Shown: positions 1 through 8,936 of the stretch, in pieces
How positions within the stretch are numbered: the stretch's first letter is position 1
How the letters are laid out: each line of letters begins with the position of its first letter
Assembly: GCA_965116415.1 (NCBI GenBank)
Contig: OZ220693.1
Coordinates: forward strand, 2,220,753-2,284,752
Origin: Dehalococcoidia bacterium
GTDB lineage: Bacteria > Chloroflexota > Dehalococcoidia > Lucifugimonadales > UBA1123
DNA length: 64,000 nt
Reading direction: 5' to 3'
The notes under the pieces: model-generated
Told to the model about the DNA's origin: nothing
What the model saw: the letters and a program-made list of their open reading frames with translations, nothing else
The model's database searches: none
Program-made: the position numbers and the translations under genes

Positions 1-728
1 TCGACGTTCTCGGGAGGGACAGGCTCCTCGAACCAGAACGGATGGTACGGCTCAAGGAAGTCGGCCACCCTGATCGCGCTGTACGTCGTGAGCTGGCCGT
101 GAGTGCCGATGCCCACCTCGAAGTTGTTTCCGACGGCCTTGCGGATGCTCTCGAAAATCCTGGCGGCGTTCTCGATCTCCCAGAGGGGGATGTCTCGCGG
201 GAGCGGGAAGAGCGGCTGGAAGGGGTCGAGCTTGCAGGCAGTGTTGCCCTCTTCGAGGAGCTGCTGTGCGATCGCGCCGGCCTTGTCGGGGTCCTCCCGG
301 AAGCCTCCCTCCGGCATGTAAGCGTACGCGCGGAGCTTCTCGTGGTACTGTCCGCCGAGCAGGTTGTAGATGGGCTGGTTGGCGGCCTTGCCGACGATGT
401 CCCACAGCGCCATCTCGATAGCGCTGAGCACTGGCGTAAGCTGGAGGCTGGGGTGTCGGAAGTCGTGGCGAGCGCTGTACATGCGGTCCCAGATCAGCTC
501 GATGTTGAAGGGGTTCTCGCCGACCACGTACATGCTGGCCATCTCGTTGATGAGGCTGATCTGCGACTTGAGGTCGCCGACCCTGTCGGAGTAGGTGTTG
601 CCTGTGATCCTCTCGCCGAGGCCGGTGATGCCCTCGTCGGTCTCGACCTCCAGGAGCAGCAGGTACCTGCCTCCCCGGTACGGGGGCAGGTTCTCGATCA
701 CCATTGTTTTGACGTCTGTGACTTTCAA
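1..728 (-). CDS. Enolase-superfamily enzyme (mandelate racemase/muconate lactonizing enzyme family, dehydratase-like). N-terminal part only; the gene runs off the window start
   Basis: Not in the supplied ORF track. My translation of the third minus-strand frame from TTG at 728 gives MKVTDVKTMVIENLPPYRGGRYLLLLEVETDEGITGLGE...IEMALWDIVGKAANQPIYNLLGG...FEVGIGTHGQL. This is the typical MR/MLE N-terminal domain and barrel start. The listed ORFs 42..905(+) and 52..870(-) are off-frame shadows. Confidence 0.8.
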   Translation of the reverse strand, partial: MKVTDVKTMVIENLPPYRGGRYLLLLEVETDEGITGLGERITGNTYSDRVGDLKSQISLINEMASMYVVGENPFNIELIWDRMYSARHDFRHPSLQLTPVLSAIEMALWDIVGKAANQPIYNLLGGQYHEKLRAYAYMPEGGFREDPDKAGAIAQQLLEEGNTACKLDPFQPLFPLPRDIPLWEIENAARIFESIRKAVGNNFEVGIGTHGQLTTYSAIRVADFLEPYHPFWFEEPVPPENV

Positions 729-871
729 TTGTCCGTCCTGTATAGCTTGGGTTGCGGTCTGAGGTGCATTCTACACAGAACGAGGAGGTGGTGGGGGTGG
801 GAATGGAGGGAGGGCCTTGGAAGACAGGGGCCACATAGCTGGAGAGCAGGATACCCTTTGGGAGCCGCACT

Positions 872-900
872 GTGGATTCCCGCTTTCGCGGGAATGACGG
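872..900 (+). repeat. Family-B hairpin element
   Basis: gtggattcccgctttcgcgggaatgacgg. The hairpin is attcccgc/gcgggaat with loop tttc. Confidence 0.85.
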
Positions 901-937
901 ATTAACCTCGAGTCTGACGTCTGTATGCGGGTGAGGG

Positions 938-1831
938 CTACCCGCTGCGGAGGCGGGGGTCGAGGACGTCGCGGACGGCGTCTCCGAGGAGGTTGAAGCC
1001 GTAGACGGCGAGGCTGAGGGCGACGCCGGGGGCGATCGCCATCCAGGGGGCGAGCTCGGCGTACTGGCGGGCCGCTCCGAAGAGGTCCCGTCCCCATGAG
1101 GGCGTGGGCGGTGGGATGCCCATCCCGAGGAAGCTCAGGGATGCCTCGGTGGTGATTGCTCCGCCGAGGGTGATGCTGGCCACGATGATGTACGGGGCCA
1201 TGCAGTTGCGCGTTATGTGGTGGAGCATGATGCGCCAGTCGCCTGCGCCGATGGCGCGCGCGGCTGTGGTGTACTCCATCTCCTTGACCGCCAGCACCTG
1301 CGAGCGCACGACACGCGCCGCCGATGGGATCACGACAATGCTGATCGCGAAGATCACGTTGCGGGTGCTTGAGCCAATCACAAAAACAAGCACCATCGCG
1401 ACTATGAGCGATGGGAACGCCCACAGGATGTCCATGAAGCGCTGTGTGATGATGTCGACCTTGCCGCCCCAGTACGAGGTAGCCACCGCGATTACAGCCC
1501 CCGTGCCGGTGCCGAGCAGAGTGGCGGTGACGCCAACCAGCAGGGACACTCGTCCGCCCCAGACGACACGGGCGAATACGTCGCGTCCAGTCGTGTCCGT
1601 ACCGAGCCAGTGAGAGCCCGATGGGCCCTGCAGGATGTCCACCGTGAGAGTGTTGGGATCAACCGGCGCGATCCACGGGGCAAACACGGCGAGCACCGTA
1701 ACCAGTAGCAGGAGCAGCGCGCCCGCGAAACCCAGCGGCTTCTGGCGGATCAGCCGCCTAGACGTCCTGAGGGCCGAAGCGATTCGTCCCGTCTCGACGA
1801 GCTCACTGGTGGTGTCTGTCTGGTTACTCAA
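938..1831 (-). CDS. ABC transporter permease, DppC/OppC-like (peptide/nickel family)
   Basis: 297 aa, multi-TM. N-terminal ...RQKPLGFAGALLLLLVTVLAVFAPWIAPVDP and C-terminal ASLSFLGMGIPPPTPSWG...RDVLDPRLR are typical of the second permease of family-5 importers. Confidence 0.9.
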   Translation of the reverse strand: MSNQTDTTSELVETGRIASALRTSRRLIRQKPLGFAGALLLLLVTVLAVFAPWIAPVDPNTLTVDILQGPSGSHWLGTDTTGRDVFARVVWGGRVSLLVGVTATLLGTGTGAVIAVATSYWGGKVDIITQRFMDILWAFPSLIVAMVLVFVIGSSTRNVIFAISIVVIPSAARVVRSQVLAVKEMEYTTAARAIGAGDWRIMLHHITRNCMAPYIIVASITLGGAITTEASLSFLGMGIPPPTPSWGRDLFGAARQYAELAPWMAIAPGVALSLAVYGFNLLGDAVRDVLDPRLRSG

Positions 1832-1849
1832 CTCAGGCGTACCCCGCGT

Positions 1850-2809
1850 CTACTCGTACCGTATGCGTGGATTGAGCCAGGCGTAGAGAATGTCGACGAT
1901 CAGGTTGGCCATGGTGACGAAGATGGCGATGGCGAACAGGCTGGCCTGCACGACGTTGTAGTCGCGCCGTATCGTGGCATCGAGCAGGAACCGTCCCGCA
2001 CCGGGCAGGTTAAACGCCGCCTCGACGACCACCAGTCCTCCCAGCGCGAAGCCGAACTGGAGTCCCAGTATCGTGATCACGGGCAACATCGCGTTTCTGA
2101 GCGCGTGACGCTGGATGACCAGGCGTTCGATCAGTCCCTTGGCCCTTGCCACCTGTATGTAGTCTTCCCGCATGACCTCCAGGAAGGAGGACCGGGCCAT
2201 GCGGGCGGTCGAGCCTATGAATGCGAACGCGACGGCAAATGCCGGGAATATGCCCTGGATGAAAGCCCTCTGCGGGTCTTCCCAGAACGGTATGAATTCC
2301 AGCGGGGGCAGCCAGTGAAATACACGCAACAGGAAGATGATTATGAGGCCGGCGACCCAGAAGTTGGGCATCGACAGACCCGATATGGAGATGATGCGGG
2401 CCACGTAGTCGATTGCAGTGTCCTGTTTCACTGCTGACAGGATGCCCAGGGGGATCCCTATTACGACGGTCAGTATGCTGGCTATTATCACCATATTGAT
2501 GGAGATGGGCAGGCGCTGGACGTACTCATCGACCACGTCGCCCCCGCCCCATGAGGACTCCCCGAAGTCGAAGCGGAGTGAGTTGATCAGCCACGTCGAG
2601 TACTGGACGTGGAGAGGCCTGTTCAGGCCAAGCTCTTCTCTCTTCTTCTCCAGTATCTCCTGCGGGATGGCTTCGCCCCTGCCAGGCTCGGCAAGGGCTA
2701 TCAGCGCGGGGTCGCCAGGAATCAGGCGCATGAGTACGAACACGAGCGTAACTACGGCGTAGACGGTGACTACCGCCAGTAAGAGCCTCTTGATGATGTA
2801 GTTGCGCAT
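1850..2809 (-). CDS. ABC transporter permease, DppB/OppB-like
   Basis: The start is taken at the internal ATG (2809), giving MRNYIIKRLLLAVVTVYAVVTLVFVLMRLIPGDPA... and ending ...LNPRIRYE. The 36 extra codons of track ORF 1850..2917 read through a repeat element (GEGWGEGE). Confidence 0.9.
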   Translation of the reverse strand: MRNYIIKRLLLAVVTVYAVVTLVFVLMRLIPGDPALIALAEPGRGEAIPQEILEKKREELGLNRPLHVQYSTWLINSLRFDFGESSWGGGDVVDEYVQRLPISINMVIIASILTVVIGIPLGILSAVKQDTAIDYVARIISISGLSMPNFWVAGLIIIFLLRVFHWLPPLEFIPFWEDPQRAFIQGIFPAFAVAFAFIGSTARMARSSFLEVMREDYIQVARAKGLIERLVIQRHALRNAMLPVITILGLQFGFALGGLVVVEAAFNLPGAGRFLLDATIRRDYNVVQASLFAIAIFVTMANLIVDILYAWLNPRIRYE

Positions 2810-2887
2810 TTTTCCCAGGAGTGAGTGGAGAGGAGTGAGAAATGAGAGCCTCCCTGCCACCGTCAGAGGTGGCAACGGGAGTATGTA

Positions 2888-2937
2888 TTCACCCTCACCC
2901 CAGCCCTCTCCCGTCAAGGGAGAGGGGGCTATTGATG
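2888..2937 (+). repeat. Family-A interspersed hairpin element (short form)
   Basis: ttcaccctcaccccagccctctcccgtcaagggagagggggctattgat. The hairpin is ccctctccc/gggagaggg. It lies between the SBP stop and the permease start. Confidence 0.9.
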
Positions 2938-2954
2938 GGTATTGTACGAAGGGG

Positions 2955-4754
2955 CTAGCGTTCCTCCATCCAGACCTCTTCGAGGGTCACGTTGTTGTAG
3001 TAGGCGGGGTCTACGTCGTGGAAGTTCTTGACCCACGGCCACCATGCCATGCCCTCGGCCACCCACCTGATCTGAATGTGTGGCAGGTCGTTGAACAGCT
3101 TGCGCTCCATTGCCCAGACGAGCTTCAGGCGCTCTTCCTCGTCCTGTTCGGAGAGCTGTTTCTTGTACATTTCCTCAAAATCATCGTCACAGTAGCCGCT
3201 GAAGTTGTTGGATGCGTCGCACAAGTAGATGTTGCTGTAGAACAGGCTGGGGTTCAGGACTGGAGCCACGCCTCCGGCACTTCTTAGCTGGAAGTCGAGG
3301 CGGTCCTGCCTGTCCGTGTAGGCGGCGCGGTCGACGATGTCCTGGACGATCTCAACACCGATGAGCTTCAACTGGTCCTGCGCGAATGCGGGGGTCAGTC
3401 GGCTCTCCCTGGTGTTGAGCACCAGCCAGTTGAGCTTCAGCTCGCCCTCGCCGTAGCCGGCCTCTTCGAGGAGTTTCTTGGCCTGCTCTCGACGGTCCTC
3501 CATATCGGAGCCGTCCTTCTTGCCGATCTTTTCATCCAGCTCCTCGCGTGGCAGGCTCCACTTGCTCCACGGAGGCTGCCATCCGCCGGTATCGCCGGCG
3601 CCCTGGTTCAGAATCACTGTGGACTGACCGCGATCGAGGGCCAGATTGAACGCCTGGCGGACCTTCACGTCGCCCCACACCGGGTCTGACAACTGCCCAG
3701 ATACGCTATGCCACCACAGTCGCGGGATGATGGAGACGTTGATGGTGGGGTCCTGCTCCTTGAGTATCTTCCCCTCCTCCGGGTACAGATACTGCATGAG
3801 GGAGTTCATATCGAGCTGCTTCGCGCGGAAGGCAGCGAACGATGCGGTCTCTTCGGCGAAGACGATGTCCTCGATGCCGTCCATGTAGGGAAGACCGTCG
3901 CGCCAGTAGTCGGGGTTCTTGGTGAGCTCGGCCTTGCCGCCCTTCGTGTACCCCTGCCATACGAACGGCCCGGTGCCTATCACGGTGGTCTCAAGGTCTT
4001 CGTAGGGAAGCTCGCTTGGGAATATCGAAGCCCAGCCGGCGGCCAGCATCGAGATGAGTCCGGCATCTGGCTGGGTCAGCTTGATGACGATGTCCTGCGA
4101 GCCAGCTCCGCACTCGATACTCTCCACCGCGCCAAGGTCCTTGGCCCTGCGGCTCGTATCGACGTTGCGGTACTTGTCCAGACTGTGGACCGCGTCCTGA
4201 CAGTCGAGGTCGCTGCCGCTGCCGGGCACACCCTCTATGGTGTGGAACTTGATGCCGTCCTGGAGCGCGATGTTGTAAGTGAGGCCGTCGCCGGAAGCAT
4301 CCCAGTCCTCAGCAAGGTCAGGTAGGATCACACCCTTCTCATCGAAGGCGTACCGGAAGAGCCGGTTGTAGGCGGCCCCAACGCGCTGCTGGGTGCGGAC
4401 GGTGGTCTGGACCATGAAGTCGAAGTGGACCAGGTCGTCACCCGCGCTCTTGCGGAGGGTGCCCCCGTACTTTTCGTCACCGGTGGGGGCGGGCGCGGCG
4501 GGTACGGCGGTCGCGATGACCGGGGTCGCCTCCAGCGGGACCGGTGTCTCGGTGGGCGCCGGAGCGGGCGCCGCTGCCTGCGGTGCAGGCGCCTGTGCAG
4601 CAGGGGCCGCGGCTGGAGCCGCCTCCTCAGGCTCTTCCTCACTTGCGCAGGCAGTCGCCACGAGGGCCACTACGATAATCAGCGCAAGTACGCAATATAG
4701 ACCAACAGACGACTTTCTTCGGAATCTCATGAACATCAGCCTCCCTGTACGCAA
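2955..4754 (-). CDS. ABC transporter substrate-binding protein, family 5 (peptide/nickel/opine type); probable lipoprotein
   Basis: 599 aa. A signal/anchor sequence ends in ...LVATAC and is followed by an Ala/Pro-rich linker and an SBP_bac_5-like body (KFHTIEGVPG..., NPDYWRDGLPYMDGI). It lies directly upstream of two permease genes. The start could be one of the nearby Met codons. Confidence 0.88.
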   Translation of the reverse strand: MRTGRLMFMRFRRKSSVGLYCVLALIIVVALVATACASEEEPEEAAPAAAPAAQAPAPQAAAPAPAPTETPVPLEATPVIATAVPAAPAPTGDEKYGGTLRKSAGDDLVHFDFMVQTTVRTQQRVGAAYNRLFRYAFDEKGVILPDLAEDWDASGDGLTYNIALQDGIKFHTIEGVPGSGSDLDCQDAVHSLDKYRNVDTSRRAKDLGAVESIECGAGSQDIVIKLTQPDAGLISMLAAGWASIFPSELPYEDLETTVIGTGPFVWQGYTKGGKAELTKNPDYWRDGLPYMDGIEDIVFAEETASFAAFRAKQLDMNSLMQYLYPEEGKILKEQDPTINVSIIPRLWWHSVSGQLSDPVWGDVKVRQAFNLALDRGQSTVILNQGAGDTGGWQPPWSKWSLPREELDEKIGKKDGSDMEDRREQAKKLLEEAGYGEGELKLNWLVLNTRESRLTPAFAQDQLKLIGVEIVQDIVDRAAYTDRQDRLDFQLRSAGGVAPVLNPSLFYSNIYLCDASNNFSGYCDDDFEEMYKKQLSEQDEEERLKLVWAMERKLFNDLPHIQIRWVAEGMAWWPWVKNFHDVDPAYYNNVTLEEVWMEER

Positions 4755-5171
4755 CCTGAATCAGCTTCGTGCCCTACTGGTGACCGTATGCGCATCGGTG
4801 AGGTCATACGAGAAAAGTGGACACTGACATCGGTGTTTCACAGCGACGTATCAGTGTCGCCATGCCGGGTAGAGTCGAATGCCGCGACTAGGGGGGCGGG
4901 CGTAGAGGTCGTTCGATCGTGTCAGGGGCGATTAGAGACTCTGCCCGTAGCCTCTGCGCGATCTGCCGGCAACGATGGGGGAAGCCTCGGTCGAGTAGAT
5001 TCCAGCCTTCTCCATTTGGCCCGCCCACTCCCCATCTGCCGTTGGCCGCAGTATATGAACAGTTGCGTAGGGTGTCAATCAGGTCTCGCAGGCTGCTGTG
5101 TCGTGCAAGTACAATGGCTTTGGACTACGATTGGGCGGCGCGTAACCGCCCCTGCCGATAGGAGATGTGAC

Positions 5172-6263
5172 TTGAAACTCGGACTGTTCCTAATGCCGCT
5201 GCACTACCCGGACAGGCCTCACGCGGACACGTACCAGGAGGACCTGGAGCTGGTGGAGTACGCCGACGGTCTCGGATTTGTCGAGACGTGGGTAGGCGAG
5301 CACTTCCTGCTGCCGTGGGAGAACATGCCGTCGCCGGAGCTGTTCATCGCGAGGGCGCTTGGGGTGACCAAGAAGATGTCGTTCGGCACGGGGGTATCGC
5401 TCGCGCACTTCCACAATCCTGCACACCTGGCGCACCGAATCTCGCAGCTCGACCACATGGCACGGGGTCGGATCTATCTTGGCGTCGGCGCGGGTGGCTC
5501 GACGGTAGACTCAGAGCTATTCGACATCGACGAGGACAAGGGCACTCACCGCGAGCGTATGGCGGAGTGCATCGACCTGGTCCTCAAGATCTGGGAGGGC
5601 GAGCCGTTCGAGCACAACGGACAGTTCTACACAGTGAAACTGGCGGAGGCCCAGCCTGAGAACCGCATCGGCTTCCACATGAAGCCGTACCAGGAGCCGC
5701 ATCCGCAGATCGCCGTGGCGGGCAGCAGTCCGTACTCGAGCACGCTGGAGATGGTGGGCGAGAAGGGCTGGATCCCGCTCAGCAGCTCGTTCATGCACGA
5801 GACATACCTGCCCAGTCACCGCACCGTGTTCGAGCGTGGCGCGAAGCGCGGCGGCAAGCCCGTGCCGACAGACGAGTGGCGAATATCGCGCGAACTGTTC
5901 GTCGCGGACGACGGGCAGAAGGCCAGGGACGAGGCTCTGAACGGGCCTATAGGCAACTTCTTCGACGACTACTGGATCCCGCTGTTCGGAGGCGGAGGTC
6001 CGGGACTCGACCGGCTAAAGCTCGATTCTGAAATGCCGGACACGGAGCTGACCCGGGAGTACATGCTCGAGAACTTCTGGATCGTCGGCGACCCCGATGA
6101 GTGCGCGCACCGGATCAAGCGCATGTACGACGACGTGGGCGGGTTCGGGACGCTGCTGCTCCAGTGTCACGACTGGGTTGAGGACCGGCCGAAGTGGTTC
6201 CGGTGTCTTGAGCTGATGGCCAACGAGGTGCTGCCGAAGGTCAACAAGGCCATAGCGGCGTGA
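5172..6263 (+). CDS. Luciferase-like (LLM class) flavin-dependent monooxygenase/oxidoreductase
   Basis: In-frame TTG at 5172 lies 7 nt after AGGAG and gives MKLGLFLMPLHYPDRPHADTYQEDLELVEYADGLGFVETWVGEHF.... This is the canonical LLM N-terminus. The upstream 128 codons of track ORF 4788..6263 look non-coding. Confidence 0.85.
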   Translation: MKLGLFLMPLHYPDRPHADTYQEDLELVEYADGLGFVETWVGEHFLLPWENMPSPELFIARALGVTKKMSFGTGVSLAHFHNPAHLAHRISQLDHMARGRIYLGVGAGGSTVDSELFDIDEDKGTHRERMAECIDLVLKIWEGEPFEHNGQFYTVKLAEAQPENRIGFHMKPYQEPHPQIAVAGSSPYSSTLEMVGEKGWIPLSSSFMHETYLPSHRTVFERGAKRGGKPVPTDEWRISRELFVADDGQKARDEALNGPIGNFFDDYWIPLFGGGGPGLDRLKLDSEMPDTELTREYMLENFWIVGDPDECAHRIKRMYDDVGGFGTLLLQCHDWVEDRPKWFRCLELMANEVLPKVNKAIAA

Positions 6264-6289
6264 TTGTTCGGGTTTAGCGGTCAGTGGTA

Positions 6290-6497
6290 CACCCTCACCC
6301 CCGTATCAAGTATGGGGCAGGCTCTTAGTGAGTTCACAGAGGTAAGTATTCGAGCTTTTCACCCTCACCCCAACCCTCTCCCTGAGGGAGAGGGGGCCGT
6401 TGATTGGTATTCGCGCTGTCTGCACACCTTTACCTACCCCTGTGAGCCCCCGGATCAGGTCCGGGGCAGGCTCTGAGGGAGAGGGGAGATTGATTGC
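6290..6497 (+). repeat. Family-A compound array (A' variant plus long composite form)
   Basis: caccctcacccccgtatcaagtatggggcaggctc... is followed by ttcaccctcaccccaaccctctccctgagggagagggggccgttgattggtattcgcgctgtctgcacacctttacctacccctgtgagccc...ggggcaggctctgagggagagggg. Confidence 0.9.
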
Positions 6498-8797
6498 ATT
6501 TCAGGCTCAGTGACGGGAGGATGGGGCCAGCGTTTGCGCTGGTGGGTCTGGCAGGCCTGGTTGTCGCGGCGGTCGTGCTGAGTTATGCAGCGCCGGAGCC
6601 CGATCCGAGCTTGGAAGACGATGGGACGGCTGATCTCCGCGAGTACGCCGGACGGCTGTCGGAGTCGGGGGACCCGTACTTCGGCACTAGGCAGCTTGAC
6701 TACCTGCTCGGGCAGTTGGAGAGTCCCGTCTACGACACCGACACCTGGCGCCTGACGATACTCAGGCAGCTTGCGTTTCACCGGCTGAGACTCGGGCAGG
6801 TGGACGAGTCGATTTCGCTGCTCACAGAGGCCGTGGAGCTTGCTGAGCGTTCTATGCCGGACAGCCGTGACCGGCTCGACGCGCTGGAGGAGCTTGCGGT
6901 CGCGTACATGAAGCGCGGCGAGATCCAGAACTGCGTCAGCCCGGAGGGCAGGCTAGTGTGCGCGCTGCCGCTGGACCCTGAATACGCGCACGAGGACTCG
7001 GACAGCGTCTCGCGGGCGATAGAGATACTCGAAGACCTGCTCGTGCTCGACTTCGACAAGCTCAGCACAGGGGAAACTGACAACGTGAGACGGAGGTGGC
7101 TGCTCAACATCGCGCACATGGCTCGGGGGACGTATCCGGCTGGCGTGGACGAGGAATTCCGGGTGCCGCCTTCGGCGTTCGAGCCTGAGCACGAGCTTGG
7201 CGGACGGTTCAGAGAGGTGGCGGCGGACATCGGGATATACTCGGTCGACCTCGCGGGTGGAGCTATAGTCGAAGACTTCGACAACGATGGGTTACTGGAC
7301 ATCGTGACATCAAGCTGGGACCCGTCGCAGAGCCTCAGGCTGTACCTTAACGACGGCAGCGGGCGGTTCGTGGAGCGAACCAGCGTGGCGGGCCTGTCTG
7401 ACCAGACGGGTGGTCTGAACATCGTCCAGACCGACTACGACAACGACGGCTGGATGGACATTCTGGTCATGCGCGGCGGCTGGCTGATGTCTAACGGGCA
7501 GATGCGGATGTCGCTGCTCCGCAACGATGGGGACGGCACGTTCAGCGACGTTACGCACGAGTCGGGGCTGGCGACTCCCCCGGTCCCCAGCCAGAGCGCG
7601 GCGTGGGCGGACTACGACAACGACGGCGACCTCGACCTGTTCTCGTGCAACGAGTCGATGCCCGAGACCTCCGAGGACGGCGCGGCGATGATATTCCCCA
7701 GCCAGCTTTTCGAGAACGACGGCAGCGGCGTGTTTACAGACGTTGCCCGCCAGGCTGGCGTTGCCAACATGCGCTACTGCAAGGGGAGCGCGTGGGGTGA
7801 CTACGACAACGACGGCGACCTTGACCTGTACGTATCCAACTACGCCTACGAGAACCGGCTGTACCGGAACGACGGGAACGGCACGTTCACCGACGTGGCC
7901 CCGGAGCTCGGCGTGACCGAACCGGTCGAGAGCTTCCCGACGTGGTTCTGGGACTATGATAACGACGGCTGGCTCGACCTCTTCGTCGCGGGATACGCCA
8001 GGGACATCGACTCGGTGGCTGCGGACTACATGGGGCTGCCAAGCGACGGGGCGAGGCCAAGGCTGTACCGGAACACCGGCGCGGCCCTTCGACAGGCTCC
8101 CGCCGCAGCGGACTCTCAACAGGGTGCATGGTTCGATGACGTCACCGCACAGGTGGGCCTCGACGACGTCAACCAGGGCATGGGAGCCAACTTCGGGGAC
8201 TTCGACAACGACGGGTTCCTCGATATATATCTCGGCACCGGCTTTCCGGCATTCAATGCGCTTGCGCCGAACGTGGCCTATCGCAACGATGGTGGTACTT
8301 TGTTCTCAAACGTAACGTTCTCGGCAGGGCTCGGGCATATACAGAAGGGTCACGGGATAGCGTTCGGAGACCTCGACAGGGACGGCGACCAGGATATATT
8401 CATGCAGGTCGGGGGGTTCTATCCGAGCGACGGGTTCGTGAACTCGCTGTACGTGAATCCTGGGTCCGGCAACCGCTGGACATCGATACGTCTCATCGGA
8501 ACGCAGTCGAACCGGGCGGCTATCGGCGCGCGTATCAGGGTCGACGTGACTACGAGCGGGGGTACACGGGCTACCCACGCGGTAGTCGGCAGTGGTGGTA
8601 GCTTCGGAGCGTCCAGCCTGGAGCAGGAAATTGGGTTGGGGCGTGCTGAATCAATCGAGTCTGTCGAGATATGGTGGCCTGCGTCCGGGACGAGGCAGAG
8701 GTTTGAGGGCGTGCCGCTGGATACGGCCATCGAGATAGTCGAGGGAGAAGATGGGTACAGGGTGGTGGAGCGTCGGGGATTCAGGATTGTCCCGTGA
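6494..8797 (+). CDS. CRTAC1-family protein: N-terminal anchor plus TPR-like region, FG-GAP/VCBS repeats and a C-terminal ASPIC/UnbV domain
   Basis: 767 aa. Repeated DYDNDGxxD(I/L) calcium-binding FG-GAP motifs occur at least 7 times. The C-terminus N(R)WTSIRLIGTQSNRAAIGARIRV...GGSFGASS is typical of ASPIC/UnbV. Confidence 0.85.
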   Translation: MHFRLSDGRMGPAFALVGLAGLVVAAVVLSYAAPEPDPSLEDDGTADLREYAGRLSESGDPYFGTRQLDYLLGQLESPVYDTDTWRLTILRQLAFHRLRLGQVDESISLLTEAVELAERSMPDSRDRLDALEELAVAYMKRGEIQNCVSPEGRLVCALPLDPEYAHEDSDSVSRAIEILEDLLVLDFDKLSTGETDNVRRRWLLNIAHMARGTYPAGVDEEFRVPPSAFEPEHELGGRFREVAADIGIYSVDLAGGAIVEDFDNDGLLDIVTSSWDPSQSLRLYLNDGSGRFVERTSVAGLSDQTGGLNIVQTDYDNDGWMDILVMRGGWLMSNGQMRMSLLRNDGDGTFSDVTHESGLATPPVPSQSAAWADYDNDGDLDLFSCNESMPETSEDGAAMIFPSQLFENDGSGVFTDVARQAGVANMRYCKGSAWGDYDNDGDLDLYVSNYAYENRLYRNDGNGTFTDVAPELGVTEPVESFPTWFWDYDNDGWLDLFVAGYARDIDSVAADYMGLPSDGARPRLYRNTGAALRQAPAAADSQQGAWFDDVTAQVGLDDVNQGMGANFGDFDNDGFLDIYLGTGFPAFNALAPNVAYRNDGGTLFSNVTFSAGLGHIQKGHGIAFGDLDRDGDQDIFMQVGGFYPSDGFVNSLYVNPGSGNRWTSIRLIGTQSNRAAIGARIRVDVTTSGGTRATHAVVGSGGSFGASSLEQEIGLGRAESIESVEIWWPASGTRQRFEGVPLDTAIEIVEGEDGYRVVERRGFRIVP

Positions 8798-8830
8798 GTT
8801 GGTGCTAACAGGATGAGGGTATGCGTATCA

Positions 8831-8880
8831 TTCACCCTCGCCCCAACCCTCTCCCTTAGGGAGAGGGGGCCGTTGGTCGA
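8831..8880 (+). repeat. Family-A element (short form)
   Basis: ttcaccctcgccccaaccctctcccttagggagagggggccgttggtcga. Confidence 0.9.
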
Positions 8881-8936
8881 GGTCTAGGTTGGGAGCTGTA
8901 TCAACATACCGCTGCTACCTGAAAGGGACGTGAGCG

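Noticed and set aside
42-905. Track ORFs 42..905(+) 287 aa and 52..870(-) 272 aa as genes
   Set aside because: Both have shadow-frame composition: one is V/E/L/D/A/G-rich and the other is R/P/G-rich. Neither has a family resemblance. The third minus-strand frame, absent from the track because it runs off the window, gives a clean enolase-superfamily N-terminus. That frame was annotated instead.
4788-5171. N-terminal 128 codons of track ORF 4788..6263
   Set aside because: This region bears no resemblance to LLM proteins. The conserved LLM N-terminus (MKLGLF...) starts at an in-frame TTG with a good AGGAG Shine-Dalgarno sequence. The extension is most likely the divergent promoter region shared with the SBP operon.
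6290-6497. Clustered direct repeats as a CRISPR array (also 18409-18606 and 53528-53733)
   Set aside because: The repeats are self-complementary hairpins of several stacked types. They lack uniform repeat-spacer periodicity, and no locus has more than two or three units. No cas genes are present. The same units occur singly all over the window. They behave as REP/MITE-like elements.
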